NCBI GenBank assembly: GCA_026397235.1
Contig: JAPLVG010000023.1
Coordinates: forward strand, 1 to 61,050
Direction of reading: 5' to 3'
Length of the DNA: 61,050 bases
Source of the DNA: Candidatus Berkelbacteria bacterium
Lineage (GTDB): Bacteria > Patescibacteriota > UBA1384 > XYA2-FULL-43-10 > CAINNR01
The translations under genes and the position numbers were made by a program. How positions within the stretch are numbered: position 1 is the stretch's first letter; every line of letters begins with the position of its first letter. The notes under the pieces are model-generated. The model was not told where the DNA came from. It did no database searches and was given only the letters and a program-made list of their open reading frames with translations. Below, piece by piece: positions 54,554-61,050 of this stretch.

Positions 54554-55534
54554 ATGATGGCAGAACCAGGATTTAGCGCTGGCAAGGCTGGAATGGACCC
54601 GGTCGAGCCGGTCCCTGATGTCGAAACTGAAAATGACGAAGTCGGCCCGACAGCAATTATCGTTGGCTACATTCGAAGCGTTCCTGAACCAGCACTACCA
54701 TATGCCAAGGAAATGGCTAGGGTGACTCATGCCAAAGAAGTGACTGAACATTTTTTGCATACAGATTTTCAAAGTGATGAAAATCCTCAACTTAAATCGG
54801 TAATTAGTGGCGGATTTCCCATGCTAGAAGGTCGCTATCTTTCAGTACATAATGAAATTATGCGTGCCGGCAATAATCAAGTTCTCGAATTAGCTTCTGG
54901 AATTAATACTCGTGGATTGCACTTAACAAAACCCGAGCTTGTTGGTGGCAGAAATTTCAATGTCTGTTGCACCGATTTACCAAAAATGTCGAAATATGGC
55001 AGGATGAAAGCCGAGGAGGTTCTGGCTGGTGAAAAAAGAGAAAATTTGCGGTATACACCCGCCAGCGCAACATCGGCTGAGCAACTTAGGGCGGCATATG
55101 ATCAATCAGGATTTAGTGGTCCAGTCACTATTGCCAATGAAGGGCTCTTAATGTATTTTGATGATGATGGTGTTAGAAAAATCGGCAAAGCTGTACACGG
55201 TATATTGTCAGAATCAGGCGGAGTTTGGACAACTCCAGATATCTCAATTGGCGAAAGTCGCATAGCCCAATTACTTAAACATCCTGACGAAAATGTTCGA
55301 AAAATGATTCAAAACTTTATTGACATCTTTGGTCTGAACCCAGATAGTTATTTTAAGACTGAAGAGGACGCTCGTGATTTTTATGATTCTATGGGTTTCA
55401 GCATGGATTTAAAAACCCGCGAATATTTAATTGATAGTCTCGGTTGCATGAAAGATAAGAAACTTGGACTTGATCGTGACAGGGTGATTCAATCATTGCA
55501 ATCTCAATATATAGCGACATTGTCACCAAGATAA
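54554..55534 (+). CDS. Putative class I SAM-dependent (LCM/TcmP-like) O-methyltransferase
   Basis: ATG 54554 after AAGGAA (the ORF-track TTG 54485 is a TTGACA box); VLELASGINTRGLHL and ANEGLLMYF resemble the LCM-type motifs; assignment from memory. Confidence 0.5.
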   Translation: MMAEPGFSAGKAGMDPVEPVPDVETENDEVGPTAIIVGYIRSVPEPALPYAKEMARVTHAKEVTEHFLHTDFQSDENPQLKSVISGGFPMLEGRYLSVHNEIMRAGNNQVLELASGINTRGLHLTKPELVGGRNFNVCCTDLPKMSKYGRMKAEEVLAGEKRENLRYTPASATSAEQLRAAYDQSGFSGPVTIANEGLLMYFDDDGVRKIGKAVHGILSESGGVWTTPDISIGESRIAQLLKHPDENVRKMIQNFIDIFGLNPDSYFKTEEDARDFYDSMGFSMDLKTREYLIDSLGCMKDKKLGLDRDRVIQSLQSQYIATLSPR

Positions 55535-55562
55535 TTTTATTGTTAATAATTAAGGAAGAATT

Positions 55563-55814
55563 ATGGCGAAAGAAAAGGACGATGCGGAGTGTGGATGCGG
55601 AAACGATGGCGATTACAAAAAGTATATGTTTAAGCGCCATCACCGAGGCGGCGGAGCCATGGGTGGCAGTGTTTACGGCTTGGCTTTTGTTGGTGCTGCG
55701 ATCTACTTTGTTCAGCATTCGACAACTTTTTGGATGGGAGTATCAGGTGTTTTGAAAGCGATTGTTTGGCCGGCGTTGATCATATATAAAGTACTGGGAT
55801 TATTGCACTTCTAA
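55563..55814 (+). CDS. Small hypothetical membrane protein
   Basis: 83 aa; AAGGAAG SD; two hydrophobic helices; N-terminal CGCG. Confidence 0.5.
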   Translation: MAKEKDDAECGCGNDGDYKKYMFKRHHRGGGAMGGSVYGLAFVGAAIYFVQHSTTFWMGVSGVLKAIVWPALIIYKVLGLLHF

Positions 55815-55936
55815 ACTCGCTTTTTTGAGCGAAAAGTGGCGTGGCTTTTAGCCGCTATTGAATAATTAACTCCTGTAAACGCTATTTTCTGCCAAATGTG
55901 TTGACTCTATTCTTTTTTTATGCTAATATCTACTAG

Positions 55937-56164
55937 ATGACAGAACACGAAGTTATAAATGTTGAGGGCACAGTCGAAGAGGCTTTGCCTAATTCTACTT
56001 TCATGGTTGAATTATCATCTGGTCAAACAATTCTGGCTTATCTCTCGGGCAAAATGAGAAAAAATTTCATTAAAGTTATGCCTGGAGACAAGGTCAAAAT
56101 TGAACTTACACCATACGATTTAACCAAAGGTAGAATAGTCTCCCGTGAGAAAATCACATATTAA
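55937..56164 (+). CDS. infA: Translation initiation factor IF-1
   Basis: 75 aa; S1-like fold sequence ([16 protein letters not shown]...[16 protein letters not shown]). Confidence 0.96.
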   Translation: MTEHEVINVEGTVEEALPNSTFMVELSSGQTILAYLSGKMRKNFIKVMPGDKVKIELTPYDLTKGRIVSREKITY

Positions 56165-56192
56165 CGCAAGCGTTAAGGGACGTTTTTTTGTT

Positions 56193-56221
56193 TTGACGTC
56201 GCAAGAAACTGTTAATATACT
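56193..56221 (+). promoter_or_regulatory. Sigma70-like promoter upstream of rpmJ
   Basis: TTGACG (56193-56198), 17-nt spacer, TATACT (56216-56221); preceded by hairpin TTAACGC/GCGTTAA (56161-56176). Confidence 0.55.
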
Positions 56222-56293
56222 ATTCTCACTGAGATGCGGATAGAAATAATTCATTTAACAATGTTGTTAGCGGCGTAAATAATCTGTGTAGTT

Positions 56294-56440
56294 ATGAAGG
56301 TACAAGCATCTGTAAAAAAGATCTGTAGCAAGTGCAAAATTGTTACCAGAAAAAAGAAAAACAGTTCGACTTCTGCCACACTGCATCGAACATTGTTTTG
56401 CATCTGCTCCAACCCAAAGCATAAACAAAGACAAGGATAA
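56294..56440 (+). CDS. rpmJ: 50S ribosomal protein L36 with an ~11-aa internal insertion
   Basis: 48 aa, below the ORF-track cutoff: [48 protein letters not shown]; both ends match canonical L36. Confidence 0.85.
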   Translation: MKVQASVKKICSKCKIVTRKKKNSSTSATLHRTLFCICSNPKHKQRQG

Positions 56441-56451
56441 TTAACCGCTCA

Positions 56452-56555
56452 GTCATTGCGAGCCATCAGCATTCGGCTGAGGCACGGCAATCTTAAAAAT
56501 AGATTGCCCACAGAGTCACCTATCGGAAGACTTCGTCGTTCCTCTTCGCAATGAC
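56452..56555. repeat. Empty copy of the GTCATTGCGAG...TCGCAATGAC compound hairpin element
   Basis: GTCATTGCGAGCCA (56452-56465); inner stem GGCAATCT (56486-56493) / AGATTGCC (56501-56508) with 7-nt loop; CTTCGTCGTTCCTCTTCGCAATGAC ends at 56555. Confidence 0.8.
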
Positions 56556-56583
56556 AAGGCGGACAAACAATAACAAGGATAAT

Positions 56584-56970
56584 ATGGTTAGACTGGCTGG
56601 AAATGAAATTCCAAATGATAAAAGAATCGAAATTGCCTTAACATATATTTTTGGTATTGGTTTAACCACAAGCAAAAAAATTCTTGCTGCGGCTAAAATT
56701 GACCCAAATATTCGAGCCAACAAGTTAGGGCAGGATGAGTTAGAGCGAATTCGCCAGATTATCAACAAAGATTATAAAATTGAAGGTGATTTGCGAACAG
56801 AAGTCAGCCAAAATATCAAACGATTAAAAGAAATTGGTACATACCGAGGATACCGTCACACTCGTGGTCTTCCGGTCCGTGGTCAACAGACACAAACAAA
56901 TGCTAGAACCAAGCGTGGTAAAAAAGTTACTGTCGGTTCTGGACGCAAGAAATCAGCGGAAAAAACATAA
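56584..56970 (+). CDS. rpsM: 30S ribosomal protein S13
   Basis: ATG 56584 gives [26 protein letters not shown]...; the ORF-track start 56551 is inside the hairpin element. Confidence 0.95.
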   Translation: MVRLAGNEIPNDKRIEIALTYIFGIGLTTSKKILAAAKIDPNIRANKLGQDELERIRQIINKDYKIEGDLRTEVSQNIKRLKEIGTYRGYRHTRGLPVRGQQTQTNARTKRGKKVTVGSGRKKSAEKT

Positions 56971-56992
56971 GATCATCTAATTGAGGTAAGCA

Positions 56993-57022
56993 CACTAATC
57001 TTAACACGGATATGACACAGAT
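56993..57022 (+). repeat. Heptamer array, forward arm only, upstream of rpsK
   Basis: CACTAAT 56993, CACGGAT 57005, CACAGAT 57016. Confidence 0.7.
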
Positions 57023-57032
57023 AAATTCATTC

Positions 57033-57066
57033 GTATATTAGATAAATTAGTAATTTAGTAGGAGCC
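57033..57066 (+). repeat. 34-nt leader identical to the rpsD leader
   Basis: GTATATTAGATAAATTAGTAATTTAGTAGGAGCC, identical at 57518-57551; includes the SD (GGAG). Confidence 0.9.
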
Positions 57067-57074
57067 GCAAGGTA

Positions 57075-57470
57075 ATGGTCACAAAAGCACCGAAAACTAT
57101 AAAGAAGAAAAAAATATTGCAACCAGTCTCTACTGGTAGTGTTTATATTCAATCTTCATTCAATAACACAATTGTTACGGTTACAGACGAAAAAGGCGGA
57201 GTAATTGCTTGGGCGTCAGCCGGATCAATTGGCTTCAAAGGTGCTAAAAAATCAACTCCATATGCCGCTTCACTTGCCGCATCCGCTGCCATTGAAAAAG
57301 CTAAATTGCGAGGTCTTAGAAAAGCCAATATCTTTATTTCCGGTGTTGGTTCCGGTCGTGATAGCGCAATTAGAGCCTTTCATTCAGCTAGTATTGAAGT
57401 TGATAAAATTCAAGATGTTACCCCAATGGCACACAACGGCTGCCGACGAAAGAAAGTCAGGAGAGTTTAA
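57075..57470 (+). CDS. rpsK: 30S ribosomal protein S11
   Basis: 131 aa; typical S11 (GSVYIQSSFNNTIVTVTD..., TPMAHNGCRRKKVRR). Confidence 0.96.
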   Translation: MVTKAPKTIKKKKILQPVSTGSVYIQSSFNNTIVTVTDEKGGVIAWASAGSIGFKGAKKSTPYAASLAASAAIEKAKLRGLRKANIFISGVGSGRDSAIRAFHSASIEVDKIQDVTPMAHNGCRRKKVRRV

Positions 57471-57473
57471 CTA

Positions 57474-57506
57474 CACGGATTTATCACACGGATATTGATC
57501 ATAGAT
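57474..57506 (+). repeat. Heptamer array, forward arm only, downstream of rpsK
   Basis: CACGGAT 57474, CACGGAT 57487, CATAGAT 57500; 5' flank AACTACACGGATTT as at 271 and 47866. Confidence 0.8.
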
Positions 57507-57517
57507 AAAATACATTA

Positions 57518-57551
57518 GTATATTAGATAAATTAGTAATTTAGTAGGAGCC
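57518..57551 (+). repeat. 34-nt leader identical to the rpsK leader
   Basis: Identical to 57033-57066. Confidence 0.9.
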
Positions 57552-57558
57552 AACAGGC

Positions 57559-58152
57559 ATGAACCACGGATGTAGAAAATGTCGAAGAGAAACTACCAAA
57601 CTTTTCCTAAAAGGCGAAAGGTGTTTTTCGCCTAAATGCGCCGTTACTACCCGTCCGTTTCCCCCAGGTCAGCATGGCCCATCTTCATATACTAAACTTT
57701 CTGAGTATGGAAAACAGCTTCGTGAAAAGCAAAAAGTCAAAAAGGTTTATGGAATTAACGAAACATCACTTCGGAATTATTATACCAAAGCATCCAATAA
57801 ACCAGGTGACACCAGCGAAAATCTGGTTCAGCTTCTTGAAAGCCGTTTAGATTCAATAATTTATCGCTTGGGCGTTGCCCCCTCGAAATCCACTGCTAGA
57901 CAAATGGTTTCTCATAGATTTTTTAGGGTCAACAAAAGAATAGTAAATATTCCGTCGCATATTATCACTTCTGCGAGTGAAATTTCTCCAAATGAGAACA
58001 AAAAGGTTATTTTCGGTGACAAAGTAAATCTGCCATCTTGGATATCATTTGATGCAAAAACAAAGATTATAAAATTAAAAAATTTGCCGAATAAAGATGA
58101 AATTGAACTTCCGTTTGATATTAATTTAGTTATTGAATATTATTCACGATAA
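57559..58152 (+). CDS. rpsD: 30S ribosomal protein S4
   Basis: 197 aa; CRKCRRETTKLFLKGERCFSPKCA Zn-type N-terminus, PGQHG. Confidence 0.95.
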   Translation: MNHGCRKCRRETTKLFLKGERCFSPKCAVTTRPFPPGQHGPSSYTKLSEYGKQLREKQKVKKVYGINETSLRNYYTKASNKPGDTSENLVQLLESRLDSIIYRLGVAPSKSTARQMVSHRFFRVNKRIVNIPSHIITSASEISPNENKKVIFGDKVNLPSWISFDAKTKIIKLKNLPNKDEIELPFDINLVIEYYSR

Positions 58153-58180
58153 TATATAAAAATAATGAAGTAAAAACTAT

Positions 58181-58247
58181 CACAGATCTATTGTCACTGA
58201 TGGACACAGATAAAATAATCCGTGAAAATCCGTGTATAAGATCCGTG
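58181..58247. repeat. Full heptamer palindromic array upstream of rpoA
   Basis: CACAGAT 58181, CACTGAT 58195, CACAGAT 58205; ATCCGTG 58218, 58228, 58241; spacers 7/3 and 3/6. Confidence 0.9.
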
Positions 58248-58264
58248 TGCGTAAAGGAGAGACT

Positions 58265-59203
58265 ATGATTCCCGAGAATGAAATTCCAAAAATTAAAGAG
58301 TCTGTAGTGGACGAAACTAAGTCAGTCTTTATCATTGAACCACTTTTGCCTGGCTATGGCGCTACAATGGGTAACGCCTTGCGTCGAGTTTTACTGTCAT
58401 CTCTTCCGGGAACTGCAATTTCTTCAATCAAAATTGACGGCGTTGCTCATGAGTTTTCGGCAATTCCTCACGTCAAAGAAGATATGATTGAAATAATTAT
58501 GAATTTGCGAAAAATTAATTTCAAATCATTTTCAGAAGAGCCAGTTACGATTTCTTTGCAAGGAAAAGGACCAAAAGTTATTTCTGCCAAAGATTTCAAA
58601 CTAACTTCAGATGTTGAAATTTTAAATTCTGATCAATATATTGCAACACTCGATAAAAGCGCTAATTTCGATATGGAACTTGTTCTTGAGGTTGGCAGAG
58701 GGTTTAGACCTACAGAGGACAGGGAAGTTGAAAAAGGCGATATCGGTCGAATTTCTATCGACAGTGTTTTTTCACCAGTCAAATTGATCAATTTTAAGAC
58801 AGAAAGCACTCGAGTTGGCCAAATGACCAACTTTGACAAAATTGAGCTTGAAATTACCACCAATGGTGCGATCTCACCTCGCGATGCTCTAACACAAGCC
58901 GGTAAAATCCTAGTGCAGCACTTTAATTACATTGCAGAAGGCAAACCATACACCAGCGAAGAAGAAGTTGTTGAAGAGTCAGAAGCTGTCGGTGAAAAAA
59001 CAAATCTTGTTTCGCTTGAAGATGTCGATCCAAAAACTAAAGTAGCTGATTTAAATCTTTCGACCAGAACAGTTAACGCTCTGGTAAACTCCGGTATTAA
59101 AACAGTAGCCGGTCTTAAAAGATTATCAGATCTTAAACTTTCGGAAGTTAAGGGTTTAGGTAAAAAAGGTTTTGATGAGGTAAAAGAATTACTGGAAGGT
59201 TAA
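58265..59203 (+). CDS. rpoA: DNA-directed RNA polymerase alpha subunit
   Basis: ATG 58265 after AAGGAG; NTD (GNALRRVLLSSLPG) and CTD (LSTRTVNALVNSGIKTV); the ORF-track GTG 58232 lies in the repeat array. Confidence 0.95.
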   Translation: MIPENEIPKIKESVVDETKSVFIIEPLLPGYGATMGNALRRVLLSSLPGTAISSIKIDGVAHEFSAIPHVKEDMIEIIMNLRKINFKSFSEEPVTISLQGKGPKVISAKDFKLTSDVEILNSDQYIATLDKSANFDMELVLEVGRGFRPTEDREVEKGDIGRISIDSVFSPVKLINFKTESTRVGQMTNFDKIELEITTNGAISPRDALTQAGKILVQHFNYIAEGKPYTSEEEVVEESEAVGEKTNLVSLEDVDPKTKVADLNLSTRTVNALVNSGIKTVAGLKRLSDLKLSEVKGLGKKGFDEVKELLEG

Positions 59204-59206
59204 TTT

Positions 59207-59734
59207 ATGCCACGCAAATTAGGTAGAAAAATTGGTCACCGAAAATCCCTGATGCGCAATCTTGCCGCTTCTCTTGTTTTGTATGAAAAAATTGAAACTA
59301 CCGAGGCTAAAGCAAAAGATGTTAAATCCTATGTTGAACATCTGATTACAATTTCCAAAGCCCAGGATTTAAGTGCCTACCGACGACTCTTGGCATACTT
59401 CTATGATAAAAATGCTGCCAAAAAAGTTTACGAAGAATTAGCTGCCAGATACACTGACCGACCATCGGGATTCATCCACACCTACCACATCGGCAACCGC
59501 TTGGGTGATAATTCAAAAATGATGCGACTGGAACTTGTTGACCGCAAAGTTTTTTCTGCAACGAAAAAAACAACTGCTGAAAAAGCTAAAGATTCGGAAA
59601 ATACTGAGGAAAAAATTGACAAAAAAGATATTAAAGCTCAAAGAAAGCTAGATAAATTATCTTCAACATCGCAAAAAGGTGGTGTTATTACGTCTGTTAG
59701 ATCAAAAGCAACCAGAAAATTCGGAGATAAATAA
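59207..59734 (+). CDS. rplQ: 50S ribosomal protein L17 with Lys-rich C-terminal extension
   Basis: 175 aa; LGRKIGHRKSLMRNLA... Confidence 0.93.
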   Translation: MPRKLGRKIGHRKSLMRNLAASLVLYEKIETTEAKAKDVKSYVEHLITISKAQDLSAYRRLLAYFYDKNAAKKVYEELAARYTDRPSGFIHTYHIGNRLGDNSKMMRLELVDRKVFSATKKTTAEKAKDSENTEEKIDKKDIKAQRKLDKLSSTSQKGGVITSVRSKATRKFGDK

Positions 59735-60189
59735 TGGATACAAAATATTATCTAATTGACGCCAGCAAATTACCACTTGGAAGATTTTCAACCCAAGCAG
59801 CTTTTTTGCTGATGGGAAAAAACGATCCTAATTATGCCCCGAACGTTGTGGCTAATAATGTTGTAATCATTATAAACAGCGACAAGTTGTATTTAACCGG
59901 CACCAAAGAACTTTCAAAAAAATACTATCGACATTCAGGGTATCCTGGTGGGATTAAAGAACGTGATTTTGCAGATATGAAAAAAAGTGATTCTACGGAG
60001 ATAATTAAAATGGCAATTCGTGGCATGATTCCCCATAATAGGCTCGAGACCGATCTTTTGAAACATCTGAAGATATTTAAAGGAAGCGAACACACATTTG
60101 CTAAACAGAAAATAGAAGAGGTTCACCCTGTTAAATCCGGCAAAGCCGGTTTGCAGGATGCAAAATTTAACGGGGTAAAAAATGACTAA
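59734..60189 (+). CDS. rplM: 50S ribosomal protein L13
   Basis: 151 aa; YYRHSGYPGGIK motif. Confidence 0.95.
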   Translation: MDTKYYLIDASKLPLGRFSTQAAFLLMGKNDPNYAPNVVANNVVIIINSDKLYLTGTKELSKKYYRHSGYPGGIKERDFADMKKSDSTEIIKMAIRGMIPHNRLETDLLKHLKIFKGSEHTFAKQKIEEVHPVKSGKAGLQDAKFNGVKND

Positions 60190-60559
60190 TAGTGAAAAAT
60201 ACTTTTATGGTACCGGTCGAAGAAAAACTGCAACTGCTCGTGTCAGGATTTTTCCTGGTAGCGGAAAAGCAACTGTAAACGATAAAGAAATTGTTTTGCC
60301 GGAAAATGTTGTTGAACCACTAAAAATGGTTGGTAAACTCCAGTCATATGACATATCAGTTAAAGTTAATGGTGGTGGTAAAACCGGTCAACTTGAAGCT
60401 ATCCGTCACGGACTTTCACGGGCTTTAATCGAACTAAATTCTGAATTCCGACCTCAGTTGAAAAAAGCTGGATTTTTGACCCGCGACCAAAGAGAAGTCG
60501 AGCGAAAAAAACCTGGTTTGAAAAAAGCCCGACGTGCTCCACAGTGGTCCAAGCGATAA
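60182..60559 (+). CDS. rpsI: 30S ribosomal protein S9
   Basis: 125 aa; GTGRRKTATARV, GGGKTGQLEAIRHGLSRAL, ...RRAPQWSKR. Confidence 0.96.
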   Translation: MTNSEKYFYGTGRRKTATARVRIFPGSGKATVNDKEIVLPENVVEPLKMVGKLQSYDISVKVNGGGKTGQLEAIRHGLSRALIELNSEFRPQLKKAGFLTRDQREVERKKPGLKKARRAPQWSKR

Positions 60560-60563
60560 CGAA

Positions 60564-60645
60564 CACTGACTAAAATCACACTGATATTCCACTGACTAAA
60601 GGAACCGGTATTTGTCAGTGCTTGGTCAGTGTTGTCAAGTCAGTG
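60564..60645. repeat. Full heptamer palindromic array (CACTGAC/GTCAGTG) downstream of rpsI
   Basis: CACTGAC 60564, CACTGAT 60579, CACTGAC 60590; GTCAGTG 60614, 60625, 60639; all helices fully pairable. Confidence 0.9.
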
Positions 60646-60661
60646 ATAGAATTACAATTTT

Positions 60662-60988
60662 ATGTCCCAACGTCTTGAAAAAGTGAATGAACTGATAAAA
60701 CAAGAGCTTTCTATAGCTTTTGTTTTTGATTTCCCTGGGGAAATAATTACTATTAATTTTATTCATACAGCACCAGATTTATCAAATTCAAAAATTTATG
60801 TTTCTGTAACATCAGGACATCAATCTATCTACGATGGTATCAAAAAGAAAACAGGTGAATACAGAAAAATGCTGGCCGATAAACTATTCATCCGCAAAAT
60901 TCCCAAACTTGAAATTGTTAAAGACGAAATGCAGTCTGAAATAGAACATATCGAAGAACTAATAGAAAAGAACTCTGTAGATTTGTAA
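60662..60988 (+). CDS. rbfA: Ribosome-binding factor A-like protein
   Basis: 108 aa; RLEKVNELIKQELS...ITINFIHTAPDLSNSKIYVSV resembles RbfA. Confidence 0.75.
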   Translation: MSQRLEKVNELIKQELSIAFVFDFPGEIITINFIHTAPDLSNSKIYVSVTSGHQSIYDGIKKKTGEYRKMLADKLFIRKIPKLEIVKDEMQSEIEHIEELIEKNSVDL

Positions 60989-61050
60989 TTATTTATCACC
61001 TGATATTCATTTTGTCGGTGTTTTGTGCTAAAATGTAAATGTGACGACAA

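Noticed and set aside
55540-55755. ORF 55540-55755 overlapping the 83-aa membrane protein gene
   Set aside because: It is an alternative frame of the same locus. The 55563 frame has an AAGGAAG SD and coherent hydrophobic helices.
12040-60645. Regularly spaced short repeats might be CRISPR arrays
   Set aside because: The units are only 7 nt with 3-7-nt spacers. They are arranged as inverted arms of three units each and scattered at gene junctions. No cas genes are present and there are no unique spacers of CRISPR length.
1-61050. Alternative genetic code (for example UGA recoding as in some CPR lineages) to explain in-frame stops at 32547, 40780 and 43076
   Set aside because: TAA, TAG and TGA all terminate highly conserved genes at the expected positions (infB TAG, rpsJ TGA, rpsL TAA, and others), and no conserved gene contains an internal stop. 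The standard code 11 fits. The in-frame stops are confined to accessory-island genes.

Overview
AT-rich bacterial DNA using the standard genetic code (hand counts on sampled 60-nt lines give roughly 35-42% GC in backbone genes). Almost the whole window is one co-directional (+ strand) translation/transcription super-operon: infB, a LysM-CHAP hydrolase, obg, rpoB-rpoC, rpsL-rpsG-fusA-tuf, the S10-spc-alpha ribosomal-protein clusters (rpsJ...rplO / secY-adk-map / infA-rpmJ-rpsM-rpsK-rpsD-rpoA-rplQ), rplM-rpsI and rbfA. rpmD (L30) is missing between rpsE and rplO, and rplKAJL are not upstream of rpoB. Together with the compact proteins this fits a CPR/Patescibacteria-type genome (inference). The conserved backbone is broken three times. 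(i) A GC-richer ~0.75-kb cassette with its own terminator lies between rpsG and fusA. (ii) An 18.3-kb accessory island lies between rplO and secY. It carries a GIY-YIG element, an HTH-GHKL ATPase + STAS-like pair, a methyltransferase / DUF262-HNH / PD-(D/E)xK cluster with two unknown ORFs, Panacea-type and Fic-type toxin-antitoxin pairs, a SWIM cassette bounded by ~45-bp inverted repeats, and several decayed gene fragments. (iii) A ~7-kb block lies between map and infA, including a GC-rich, opposite-strand secreted PHP-ankyrin protein and a DEAD-box helicase. The most unusual sequence-level signal is a family of intercistronic repeat elements with a fixed architecture: three forward CACNGAT-type heptamers, an A-rich loop, then three reverse heptamers with mirrored 6-7 / 3-4-nt spacing. 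They occur at about 20 gene junctions, and some are translated as C-terminal tails. Two further signals stand out. GC-rich palindromes are inserted in frame into rplC and rplX, and possibly rpmJ. There are also ~105-bp GTCAT...ATGAC hairpin elements: one carries the GIY-YIG ORF in its apical loop, while an empty copy sits between rpmJ and rpsM. I recognised no rRNA, tRNA, CRISPR array, integrase or transposase.
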